NCBI RefSeq assembly: GCF_036321535.1
Contig: NC_087437.1
Location: forward strand, 31,188,001 to 31,252,000
Reading direction: 5' to 3'
DNA from: Camelus dromedarius
Lineage: Eukaryota
DNA length: 64,000 nucleotides
The notes beneath the pieces are model-generated. The model did not search any database. It saw only the letters and a program-made list of their open reading frames with translations, and was not told where the DNA came from. The position numbers and the translations under genes were made by a program. Positions within the stretch are counted from its first letter, which is position 1, and each line of letters starts with the position of its first letter. Shown here piece after piece: positions 38,800 to 50,821 of the stretch.

Positions 38800-39450
38800 C
38801 TAAGATCAGACACTTTCCACCCGATCATTTCCCTGACTCCAGCCTTGCCCTCTCCTCCAAATCCATGTTAGAAACTGCTGCTAAATTTGTTAGATTCTGC
38901 TTCTCGAAACAAACCTCTGTTTCTCATTACTTCCCCGATTAAAGGCTACAGCCCCAGTGGCTGTCCTGACAGACCCAGCTCTGCAGGTGCCCACTCCTGT
39001 TGTGGCACCTCCTCTCCAGGTGCATCTAGACCCCCTAACACACTGTTCTTTTCCACACCTGGTCCCTTGCTATTCCTTCATCCTGGAATGCTCTTTTCCT
39101 TATTCTTTTGTTGGTAAAATTCTTCCTTATACCTTGAGACCCTGTTCCTGCTTCCTCTTCCTCCTCTCTGTGAGATCACACCCCTCTCCTCCTTATCCCC
39201 TTTTCTACTTTGACTTTCCCCCCTCAGCCCGCGGAGGGTGACTGAGTTCCCAAGTTCCTTCATATACACATGGATCACAAAACTTAACACGTGACACCCC
39301 CATTATCCTAGTGTGACATTAAATTATTCATATCCATGTCTAGTTTTCCCTAGACTGTGAGCTCCTTGCAGTTGAGGGCTTCAGCTCTGTTAACCCCTAG
39401 CACACTACCTAGTACACAGTATATTCTTAAAATTATTTGTTAAAAATAAA
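38800..39450 (+). mobile_element. L2 3' fragment
   Basis: ccctagactgtgagctccttg..cccctagcacactacctagtacacagt. Confidence 0.7.
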
Positions 39451-41309
39451 GCACTAACTCATCAAGATCCAGACATTTTCTGGGTCTCCAGGTAAGGAAG
39501 GAATAGTGAGTTAAGATTTCCAGGCTTTGGAACCCATCATTTTCAGCTAACACCAAGATACCTCAAGAAAGAGTTTCTGTTTTCCTTTTCACTGCCAGCA
39601 TTTCATTTGTTTGGTATTTTGTAACGTGAGAGCATTATAAAACATTAGCTAATGAACCAGAATTTTGCTTAGATATGAAAAGAACACAAAAGCCTTTTTT
39701 AAAAAATAGAATATGATCTGTCCAAGTAGGATGCTATAAAGCCGTATTAGATTTTTGTTCTTGTTTTTGTTTTGGGAGTTTTTTTTTTTTATCATACGGT
39801 TATGAAAATCATAGTTTGATATCCCTTTGGCCAACATTGTGCATCTTACATTTTATTGTGAGATGGCATTTTTATGAGATTGATTTGTGGTTATCTACTT
39901 GGAAGCAAAATATCAGAAACATTGGTGACAACCCAAGGAACTATAACCATATGTCTAATTTAATTTTTGTAATCTAGAACGTATTTAAGAGGAACAATAC
40001 TGCTAACCATAATGCTAAAATCTTGGCTGTTATTGAATTAGTTTCAGGACTGATAAGGAGCAATTACCAAGATTTTTTTAAGCTCACCTACAGACTGAAA
40101 CTCTGGGCAGAAACTTGAAAGAGAATTTTGAGCTTAAGTCTGATGATCTGTCACTTTTACATGTTCAGGATGGCACCGACTAAGGACATTTGGTTGCTGA
40201 TGTTTGTAGTGATGAAAAATTAGAGTCATGTATTTGTACATATGTGACCCTGGTGAATTTCCAGAGATTAAACCAGGACATGATTTATGAAGATTGTAAG
40301 AGCTCTTGTAGCTCAGTCGTCTTCTCTTGGGGATTTTTCTCTCTTTTGAACAAGTCTTTACCTTGAGAAAGAAATACAGAGAGTGGGCAGGGAAGGACAC
40401 CCACTGGGCAGCCCAGTTAGCTGAACCAGCTGTGGGGTGCGGTAAGCTCACGCATCACAACTCAGTCATACTCAGGTCCGTAAGCAAGTTTCACATGACC
40501 TATCCACGGACCACAGCTGCAAAGCTAAAAGTCTGTGATAAATGCAGATTAGATTAGAGTATATGTTTATAACCACTGGTTGTGTGAGAATGGGACATAA
40601 GCGCCAGTGAGAATGCTATTGCAGTGTGACAAAATGCACATGCAAGTAAAAATCAGTGTCTTAAATTACGACTGTTATTGTCTCCAGTACGGCCTCATTT
40701 TTTCACCTTTGCTACCAGTATCACTAACTTGAGCATAATTCACATGGCATTTAGATGCACAAATTGTTTACTTCTGCCTGAAGACATCAGACTCCTTCTC
40801 TAGAAACAAAGTTTTGTTAGATATCAGTGAGATGAGTTGGAAGTAAATCATCATCTGGGGACACTGAGGTGGGGAGTTTGTGGGGAGGGGGCTTGCTGTT
40901 TTGAAGAATAGGGGGTGGGTGGCTTTAGAGCTGTTTATCAGGAGAGGTGAGAGCGTTTCTTATCGGAGTCAAGAGAGCTGAATAATATGTTTGACTTGCT
41001 TTCACTTTCTTGGCCACTGTTTTTCTTTTTTCCTGTCTTTGTCTTTCATCCCCTCAGTCCTCCTTTTTTCTTCTTCCCTCACCCTTCCTTCCCTTTCCTT
41101 TTCCTTCTTCCTCTTCTCCCTTCCTCCTCGGGAGCCTAGCGGCACCAGGGGACACTGCCTTCACTAACGCATTCCCCCCACCGGCTCAGAGCTGTGGCAC
41201 ATCCAGCTCTGTGCATGCCCTGTGGTCATGGCACTATGTCCCATGACATGTGCGTGCGTGCATACGTGATCATTGGTACATTCCCCCTAATTTAGGGAGC
41301 TTCTAGGAC

Positions 41310-41530
41310 AGCGTGGTGAGCGTTAAGAGCACAGCCTTGGAGTTAGGCAAATTTGGGTTCAAGCCGTACCCCCTCCACTGGGTATTTGTCACTAGTAACG
41401 TTAGGTAAACCACTCAGCCTCACGTGTGGAAGGGGAGCAGCAACTCCTATCTTAAACGAGCGTTGTAAGAATCAGAGTGAGAGTTCAGTGCCTGGCAGAG
41501 CTACATAGCGTGTGTTTGAAAAATGCCAGT
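41310..41530 (+). mobile_element. MIR SINE
   Basis: agcgtggtgagcgttaagagcacagccttggagttaggcaaatttgggttcaag. Confidence 0.7.
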
Positions 41531-41649
41531 TTTCTTTCTTTATCCTGTTCCACATTCAAAGTATTGCCTACTTCTCTGTTCCAAACACTGTTCAGGATGA
41601 GCTAACAGCAGATCCCATCCTTAGGAAGCTTAGAATCTGGCTGGGAGAG

Positions 41650-42240
41650 GACGTGTGTACCGGCGACGAATGAGGCCGAGTGAGCCCCCGCGAGATGCGC
41701 CGTCGGCCTGCGGCGAGGGAGGGCGGTCCGTCCCCACGCCCCCACCTCCGTGCCTCCCCACCGCCCCCGAGGGAGTCCCAGCTCTGACTGCTCAAGTTCC
41801 AGGACACCCGAATTAGGTCAGGTCCGCCGGGTTGCTAGTGGGCAGGGTTCTGCGTGTTCAAAGGTTTTGCATACCGGCCCAGCACTCTTCTCTCCCTTCG
41901 AGGCTGAAAGGAGATGGCCCACTTTCACTTGAGAAGGCAGTCGTCTTAGACTTTTGTTGGCGCTTCCACTTCCTTTCACTTCATTAAGCCTTTCAGAGTG
42001 TGGCAAATTTCAGGTTTGAACGTAAGGAGGCAAACACAGACCCTTTAGATCGCTATCCTTTCCCCGTGGTTCTGCTCCGGGACGGTCCCCAGCTGGCGGC
42101 GGTGAGCAGTTTGCTCATTGCTCATCGCAAGTGCGTCCTTGTCCGTGCGTGTATCTCCCTTGGTGCCTCATGAGGTTGTGGGGGGGTCGGCAGATGCCAC
42201 AGGGCAGGATCCGGCACCCCTGGGTCCCCTGACGATGATC
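41650..42240. promoter_or_regulatory. Small CpG-island-like region with GC boxes
   Basis: Dense CpGs (cccgcgagatgcgccgtcggcctgcggcg) and GGGCGG, CCACGCCC and CCGCCC SP/KLF-type motifs in a CpG-poor background. Confidence 0.55.
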
Positions 42241-42699
42241 ACCACATCACCAGCAAAAACCCACCAACACTTACAACCCACGCCTTAGAGAAGATACAAT
42301 CTAAATAGAAATTCCCGGAAGGGGAACTTATTCCCAGGATGGGGCATAATGAGGGGACCAGAGACAGCTCAGAAGGGGAGACGCAGGCAGGAACCTGACC
42401 TAGGCTTTGAGGGTCAGGGATATGAGCGACTGGGGGCTGGTTTACACTAAATGATTGTGAAGTTTTGCCCAAGAAAGTAAGAACAAGGGCCTCAATGTTA
42501 TAGTTCAGGTAGAAGCATGGTATCTCTATTTTAGCAAATATTTAGTGATGTTTTGCTCTATAGCCAGTCTTTTTTGACACCCTGGAACATAAAGACTATC
42601 TTATTTACATCTTATAATAAAGTTGATAGCAATAGGATTTATTCCAAAAGTAGTATGCCCCAGTTGGGGCCCAAGAAAATAGTAATAACACCCTCCCCC

Positions 42700-42900
42700 C
42701 AATTATTTAAGAACCTACTACGTGCGAAATTTCTGATATTTACAATGACCCTAGATGATGACTATTAACCCATTTTACAGAACAGGAGTTGGGGCTCAGA
42801 AGGTGAAGTGAGCTGCCCAAAGCCTCACAGGTAGTAAGTGACAGGGCCAAGGTTGGAACTTCAGATCCATGGCTCTGGTGCCTAAGTTATCGTGGCCTCT
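42700..42900 (-). mobile_element. MIR SINE
   Basis: cccattttacagaacaggagttggggctcagaaggtgaagtgagctgcccaaagcctcacagg. Confidence 0.8.
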
Positions 42901-44105
42901 CCCCACAACTCTGCCCACTTCAATTCAGCCAAAAGACCAGCCTGTTTTAGGAACAGTAACACCTGTGTCCATCTACTGACCTTCAGTCCAGGCAGGCAGC
43001 AGGGCATGTGCCACCCAGTGTCCTAGGAGCAGCTGGAGACCTGCCCCAGAGAGGGTGTCTTCTCTTGCTTTTGTGCCTCTGAGACCTACAGGATCTGGTC
43101 TCAGAGTGAAGACCTCACAGGGACAGGGACAACAAGCCTCACTCTGATTTCATGGTGGCTTGTCCTCCATCCATGTGAGTCCTAGACAAAGGGGATGCTG
43201 GTTCATTCCCCATCTTTCTGCTGCTCAGTCAGATGAGGGAAAGTCCTCTCCAGTTTCTGTCTCCTTCCTCTCCTCTGTGATGGTGGATACTAACATCTGC
43301 TTGACTTCTCTCAGGCTGATCATAAACATCAAATATGATTGTGGATGTAAAAACAATTTCTGAAGTTAAAGTGTGGTGTATTACCACAGTTTGTATCAAA
43401 GGTAATTGGGGGAGGCATTATTTCTTAATAGTAGAAACTGAAGCATTTCTGAGGGACCCACAAAAGAATCATACGTATCTTGTTGCCTAGATTTCAGTGC
43501 AACTCCAAATGTCCTTCACTAGGGCGCAGTGGAAAAGCCCATCTTGACTAGCATTCAGTTTAAGTAAAAGGAAAAAGTCAATAGAAACTGACTCTGGATA
43601 AGCTAAAAAATTAAAATCTCTAACGTTGCTAGCAGTGACTCAGGATTCCTTCTGAAAAGGAGGAAAAATTGTCAACCATCAGCCCTTTCGACACCTCTTT
43701 CAGAGGAAGGGGGGTGTTTAAAAACCACCACAATCTGCCATCCCCTGTGGGAAGCACCTCTCCTGAGAGTTCCAGGTGCCTCCCTCCCATTTCCAGCCGG
43801 AATGTCCTCCCTGCCCCCTTGGACGAAGCTATCAGAAGTCAACAGCCAACGCAGGCAGGGGCCTTGCAGGCAGAATTACCTGCAGCTTCAATGGGCCTGC
43901 GATGATCTCAACTAATAGGCCGAGTCAGTGAGTGTGAGGAGAGGAAATGGGTTTTATAATTTGGGTGCCTGCCCAGACCTTTATTGCTATTTCTTTATTG
44001 TCCATCTTTGCTGCCAAGACAGCAGTTGCATCTTCCTGGCATGCAATAGCAGAATAGCTCACTTTTCTTGTTGTTGTTTCTTACTGAGAGCGGTAGACTC
44101 TCCTA

Positions 44106-44144
44106 ATGCCCCCGCCCTGCTGCTACCCACCGCCCCAAATTAAG
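44106..44144 (+). CDS. Candidate first coding exon, peptide MPPPCCYPPPQIK (host gene not identified)
   Basis: ATG at 44106, 13 codons ending in phase 0 at the consensus donor AAG|GTGAGT; TATA-like ttttataa at ~43952; no repeat recognised nearby; weak Kozak context. Confidence 0.35.
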
Positions 44145-44820
44145 GTGAGTACTAGAAATCTTGGTCTTATCAAATAATTATCAATGAAAAGGGACCTTCC
44201 TCCCTTTACACGATATGCTGGAAATTGTAGCATATTTTTACATGTAAGCATATTTTTATGGTAAGTTTAATCATTTGAAATGTACTTATAAACTAGACCA
44301 TACAAGGAAAACAAAACCTTATTTTCTAAAGTCACTATTTATAGATGTATATTTAACATGTACATGTTAGTTTCTCTTAGGGTAACATACCTGTACTCAT
44401 GGATAATTCACAGGGTTGAAATCTGGTAGAAAGTTGTTGACTCTCAAAGAAGGAAACATAAAAATCATGTCTAGACTGTGGGTCAAGTTCTTTTTAAGCC
44501 CATAAACCCATCAGACTCATGCCAAGTTTTGGGTGAGAACCAAGAAAAAGCTCTGGTGGTGAGCTCAGCTCTCACCACATTAACCACACTGTCTTCCTCT
44601 GAATCTGTCCTGCAATTAAAGCCTGATTGATCCCATTGAACATCGGTATACATGCTGTCATCCCTTCCACTCCTTTCATGACTTTTTCACCGCCCAACCA
44701 GTCCCTAGGCTTTGTGGCTTCTCTTCCCGGTGGCCTATTTCATGGTTTCACATGGTGCTGCACCTATAGACTGTGTCCAATAACATTTATTTTTTTATTC
44801 TTTTGCAAAGAAATTTAATC

Positions 44821-45086
44821 CAGCGGTCCTCAAAGTCTTTGGCCATAACCATAGAAAGAAATACATTTTTCCACTACAAATCAATACATATACATATGTA
44901 TACCACAGACCCAAGGTTCACAAAAGAGTAATTATCATTGCATACAGGAAGGACTCTGAGCCCTGCTATTTCTAGTCTATTCCATTCCATGCCATTTTAT
45001 CCTGCTTAAAAATACTAGAAGTGAACTTTAAAATAGATTTTATGACAAACTAATGGGTCACAGCTGTCAACTTGTAAAATATCACG
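44821..45086. mobile_element. hAT-Charlie-type MITE
   Basis: Begins cagcggtcctcaaag and ends ..atgacaaactaatgggtcacagctgtcaacttgtaaaatatcacg. Confidence 0.6.
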
Positions 45087-45855
45087 CAGTGTAAGTCGGG
45101 AACGGTTTACCCCACATCAGGGCCACCCCCTGGCAGCTGCTCCCCGCCCCCACGCAACCCCATGCTCACAGCTGAGCTTATGCCACCCGCAGTGCCCCGA
45201 GGGACCCCACCGAAACTCCTGGTGAAGTGCCCTCAATAATACCCTATTCTCAACAAACAGGAATTTCAAATAGAGTGTGACCTTGGGGGAAGCCAGACTT
45301 CCTTTTACATCTCCATTTCTTTTTAACTCTGCACCACCAATACTACAGGTGATGCTAAAGGTAGAGTGTGCCATAGGTCATTAAAGAATTTTAAAAGTTT
45401 GAAGGTTAAACAAAAAGATGTATTTGGTCTAAAGTTTTGCACCTGCCACCCTGTTTTTCTGGTCACTGCAAACACTCTCCATCCGCTGTCCTTGGGCACA
45501 GACGAGCACATACATGCCCCACTCTACCCCCAACCTCAGGATGTGCCCCTCCTCCCATTGCTCACGCTCCAAACAGGCTGAACCAACTCAAATCAAATTG
45601 TTCCTAAGCATTCCCCCTGCCTCCCGCTAACAAAACAGTAAGCTGCCTAAAATCTTTTCTGGAATGAGAGGTATCAACATACAAATAGCATAATTTGTTT
45701 TGCTCACTTGTACTTTAACTGCATGCTGTGTTCAGCGTTCAGCATCAGTGGATCTGATTCAGGAGGCTTTGTAATTCTCCATTTCCTAGTGACAAGGGGG
45801 AAAAACAAATCACCATATTCATCACGTTTGTTTTAGGGCTAAAGAAATGAATGAT

Positions 45856-45912
45856 GTTTTAGAAATAATGTACCAGTTTTAACGTTTTAGAAATAAATGT
45901 ACCAGTTTTAAC
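45856..45912. repeat. Two-copy tandem duplication (28/29 bp)
   Basis: gttttagaaataa(a)tgtaccagttttaac occurs twice. Confidence 0.95.
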
Positions 45913-47049
45913 GTTGCCTTTCAATTTGGTTTACTGTTTAAATTATGGTCCTTAATTCTCTAACTTTATCGTACAATTGAAAATAAAGAAATCCCTTACT
46001 TGTTTAGTTCTAATATTAACACAAGGAAAAACTCAAGTTCACTGAAACTGAAGGACCCTGGAATTTGAGATTATGAAACCTGAATTTAAAACAGATTTAT
46101 GGATTTGTATCTCTGTTGTTAACATGTTACATTATGGGCTACAAAACAAAAACGTTTTAGTTTGAAAATGTTCCATTTGAGATCCCCAGTCTCAAGGTAA
46201 TGGAAATGTGAAAAATTGTCTTGTTATGTTTTGCTGGAACAAGCTGTGTTGGAAGCAGGGTTGATAAGCTAGCCCTACTGCTGGAGTAGGTTTTGGCCAT
46301 TAAGTTGCAGGAGAGTGGGGACAGATGGACAGGGCAGTAGCAGGGACAGTGGGGGTTGGGGCACTTGGGAAGAACTCGAGGCAGAAATTCTTTACCAACT
46401 AATTTGGAAGTTCTGTGTTAGAACAGTCTCTACCAACCCTAATTTGAATTAGAAACAGAGAAAAGAATAATAATCAATTCCAGCCTCTACAGGAAAGAAG
46501 GGGAAAGAAAAAAGAGGAAGAAAAGGTACAGGGACCTAAATCAATGAGGATATCTCACACTGTGCCCCCGAGCCGTGTCTCACCGCAGCGCTAACTGAAC
46601 TGAAACAAACCCAGTTCTGCTCAGCCTAGTTGTTGGCGCCGTCTCATTGTTCTGAAGGAACAAGAGCAAGCTTGACTTAAATGAACATTCAGCGTTTCCA
46701 TGACCTGAAATAACAGCAAGGTTATTTGTGTCTGTCATGGTCTGATACATAAATTTTCCATGTTCATATGGTTAGTTAATTATATGGTCTGGAGTAGTTA
46801 TTAGCAAAAAGCTCTTACTGCAGACACCTGAAGGAAATAAAGCAAATCAACCAGAGTTTAAGCTCTACACTTCATTATTTTTGAACCGGTAAGAGAGACG
46901 CTCAGAGGAAATCATGGAACTTGTCGTGTATGAGGTGCTGATGGACAAGTGGTCCACAACACGTGGTCACATTAAAGTCCATGAAGAAGTAAATCAGCAG
47001 GAACGTCATCTCTCCAACAAATAAGGAAGAGCCACACGTCACCAAGCAG

Positions 47050-47290
47050 TGTGGGGCGTGGTAGGAAAGGCTCCGAACTTATTTTTGATCATGATTTCAG
47101 TTCAGATCATGACTTTGTGTCTTCAAAGCTATATAATCGGGAGAAATCTTACTAAATACCCATTTTCTTTTCTAAAAAACAGGTAGAGTAAGCCTCGGAG
47201 TTTGTGTAAGGATTAAAGGAAGTAACATATGTAGATTATCTTTCTTATAATAAGTCCGATAAGCCACAGTATGTCCAATGCTAGCTATGA
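47050..47290 (+). mobile_element. MIR SINE remnant
   Basis: gcagtgtggggcgtggtaggaaaggc..ggagtttgtgtaaggattaaaggaagtaacatatgta. Confidence 0.55.
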
Positions 47291-48454
47291 TCATCCTCAA
47301 AAATTAAGTAGTCAGATATGAAGAGCTCTAGGAAAAATGCAGAAGCTGATTAATGTTATGAAAACATGGTTTTCCCCCCAGTTATAGCCCTTACATTAAT
47401 TCAGCAGATGAATTTTCAGCAGATGTTTTTCAGGCATCTTGCCTGCCTGACTCTGTTCTTGTCAGCATGCCACTGTCTTAAAGCGTGTGAATGATCAGAG
47501 TGCTAGAATAAACCCATCTCTCTTATTGAGATATTTTAAGAAGAGGGAGCAAGAGAGAAGAATTTAAACGATATTATTTTCTTATAAGAGTCTCTATGGC
47601 ATAAATACATAAAGAAGAAAAATAATCCTGAAATAGGAATCTTCTATTTATTCATCTTTTATCCATACGATTAAAAAAGTAACATAAAATTTAATAAGTT
47701 TAAAAGACAAAGTAAAAGAAGTTTACCCTCAAGTACCAGATGAAAAGTGGGACCCAAAATGTGCAGTGTGGCAAAGAAAACTCTAGAGTCAAGAAACACA
47801 GGGAACCCAGGGCTGAAAGAATCCCAGGAGAAGTGAGATCACTGGTCACACCTAAGTCAGCTGAAAATCGCAGTTTTCAGCCCCTAGGAATCATCCCTGA
47901 CAGGAGAGTTGGGGCCCTGGCACTTGCTGTTGGAGGAAAGGAGCCCTCTGCAGACTCCTTCAGACTGAGAAGACACCTCTGTCTTACATGGATTTGTCAC
48001 CAGTGAGAACCTGCTTCACCGGAAGTAGCTAGAGAATCAATAGAATTGGGCTTGTTTGGTGTCATGTCATAAGCAAGTCATCCACCAGTTAGCGCCTTAT
48101 GTACAGAAATGCATCCGTTATAGTGTTTTATTGTCTCTGTGAGGAGATCAGTCAAAACACCACTTAAAGAATCTGGAAACTCTCAGCTATCAAGTTCTTG
48201 CATAGACTCACAAAACAACTAATTGGGAGAGCTTGTCCATCATTTCTGAGCGGTATTTTTCTTCCAGACGTTATTTTTTAGCTCTTTAAATTTGTGATCT
48301 TTAAATTTTCTCAAGATTCATGTCTTTGTATACTTTAAACTAACTTGGTGCTTCCGTGAGGTTTCCACTGGAATTTCTTAAAATAGGTGCAGTATGGATC
48401 TGACAGGGCAGAGTCAATGACACCAGAAACAGAGGGAGGAATCGGTTAAGAGGA

Positions 48455-49290
48455 TTCTGATTCATTCTTCAATCACTTTTATTCAGGAAATGTATATGGG
48501 CCATCTATCTCCCAAGGGTCAGACCTTGTTCTAGATACTGGGGAGACAAGGAGAATGGGACACATAGGGCCTCTGTCCTCGAGTCACAAACAAAACCAAA
48601 CACATTGATAAAAAGATACAAGGAGGTAGTAAGAACTATAAAATAAGCAAACCAGGAATTGAGATATAATAGATGAGAGGAGATCTTCTTCAGATAGAGT
48701 GATCAGGGTGGGCTCTTTGAAGCTGTGACATTTAGGCTGAAGTCTCAAAATGAGGAGATAGTCAAGAGTGGGAGGAAAAGCATCCTGAGAGTGGGAACAG
48801 CATATACAAAGATCATGGGTTGGGAAAGACCTTGGCTTGGGAGAATGGCTTGGAGGGGTACAGGAGAAGAAGCCAACCAGTCAGAGAGCTCCTGTAGCCA
48901 TCCAGGCAAGAGACACTCGTGATCAGATGAGGGTGGTGGCAGCAGAGCATTCAGGCAGTGATTAGAGTTGGGATACAAATTGGAGATGGAATTTATGTTT
49001 CTTGCTGGTGAATTGGCATGAGACTGAGAAACAGCTTCTTGCTTTCTGGTCCAAGTCATTGAGAAGATGGTGGTGCTTACTGAATTAAGGAACAGGTTTG
49101 GGGGAAGAATTAAGAGCTCTATTTTGGATGTGTAAGGTTTGAGATATCTGCATGACACGTAAGCTATAAGACCCACAGTGAGGTACTTGTGTCTGAACTC
49201 AGAGGAGTGCTCTGATCTGGAGGCATAATTTTGGCCATCATTACCCTAAATTCAATATTGCTGTTGAATCCATGGGAATTGATGTGATTC
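48455..49290 (-). mobile_element. L2 LINE fragment
   Basis: attcattcttcaa..gttctagatactgggga..gtgatcagggtgggctctttg..ttttggatgtgtaaggtttgagatatctg. Confidence 0.8.
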
Positions 49291-49671
49291 CTTCCAAGTC
49301 ATGCACCCAGGGTGGGGTCTCCTCTGCCGGAAAGTAGAGAGCTTCCTTCATGTCACTCATTCTTGATGCGTTTCTTCATTTCCAAAACCTCAGCTTAAAA
49401 TGTAGCATTTACAGAGAGTCCTTCCATTCCCCTGAACCTGCCAAAACTCAGCTCTGGACCAAGTCAGGCCTCTGATTCATCTCAGATAAGAAAGCTGAGG
49501 CATCGGGAGGTTAAGTAACTTGTGCTTAGTTATGCAGCTCCTGAATGCTTAAACACTTTCTTATATTGCATTGACTAGAAGAATGGTCATCAGTTCTAGA
49601 GGGACTGTCTTATTTGTCCTTGTGAGATTATTTGGGGGCAAGTGGAAGAAAAGCAAAAGTAGAGACATTTC

Positions 49672-50821
49672 TTTTTTTTTGTTTTTCTTTTTTTTTTAAT
49701 TTAAGTATTGTCAGTTTACAATGTCATGTCAACTTCTGGTGTACAGCACAATGCTTCAATCATACGTACATACATTCCTTTTCATATTTTTTATTATAGG
49801 TTAGTATAAGATATTGAGTATAGTTTCCTGTGCTTTACAGTAGTAACTTGTTTATCTATTTTATATATAGTAGTATTTGCAAATCTTGAACTCCCAAATT
49901 ATCCCTTCCCACCTCCTTTCCCCTCAGGTAACCATAAGATTGTTTTCTATGTCTGTGAGTCTGTTTCTGTTTTGTAAATAAGTTTATTTGTGTCTTTATT
50001 TTTTTTAGATTCCACATATGAGTTATATCATATGGTATTTTTCTTTATCTTTCCAGCTTACTTCACTTAGAATGACAATCTCCAGGTTCATCCATGTTGC
50101 TGCAAATGGCATTATTTTATTCTTTTTTATGGCTGAGTAGTACTCCATCATATAAATATACCACAATTTCTTTATCCAATCATCTCTTGTTGGACACTTA
50201 GATGGATTGTTGTTTGCATGTCTTAGCTATTGTAAATAGTGCTGCTATGAATATTGGGGTGCATGTATCTTTTTGAATGAGTTCCTCTGGATATATGCTC
50301 AGGAGTGGCATTGCTGGATTGTATGGTAAGTCTATTTTTAGTTTTTTGAGGGATTTCCATACTGTTTTCCATAATGGCTGTACCAAACTACATTCCCACC
50401 AGCGGTGTAGGAAGGTTCCCTTTTCTCCACACCCTCTCTAGCATTTATCATTTGTGGACTTTTGAATGATGGCCATTCTGACTGGTGTGAGATGGTAGCT
50501 CATTGTAGTTTTGATTTGCATTTCTCTGATAATTAGTGATATTGAGTATTTTTTCATGGGCCTATTGGCTATTTGTATGTCTTCATTAGAGAACTGCTTG
50601 TTTAGGTCTTCTGCCCAATTTTGGATTGGGTTGTTTGTTTTTTGTTACTAAGTTGTATGAGCTGTTTGTATATTCTGGAGATTAAGCCCTTGTCAGTCGA
50701 ATCATTTGCAAGTATTTTCTCCCATTCTGTAGGCTGTCTTTTCGTTTTGTTTATGGTTTCCTTTGCTGTGCAAAAGCTTATAATTTAATTAGGTCCCATC
50801 TGTTTATTTTTGCTTTTAATT
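49672..50821 (-). mobile_element. 5'-truncated L1 (~1.15 kb)
   Basis: ORF2 C-terminal remnant ([35 protein letters not shown]); perfect TSD agtagagacatttc at 49658-49671 and 50822-50835. Confidence 0.97.

Noticed and set aside
43516..43529. CTCF-like TCACTAGGGCGCAG
   Set aside because: Mismatch at a near-invariant G of the core
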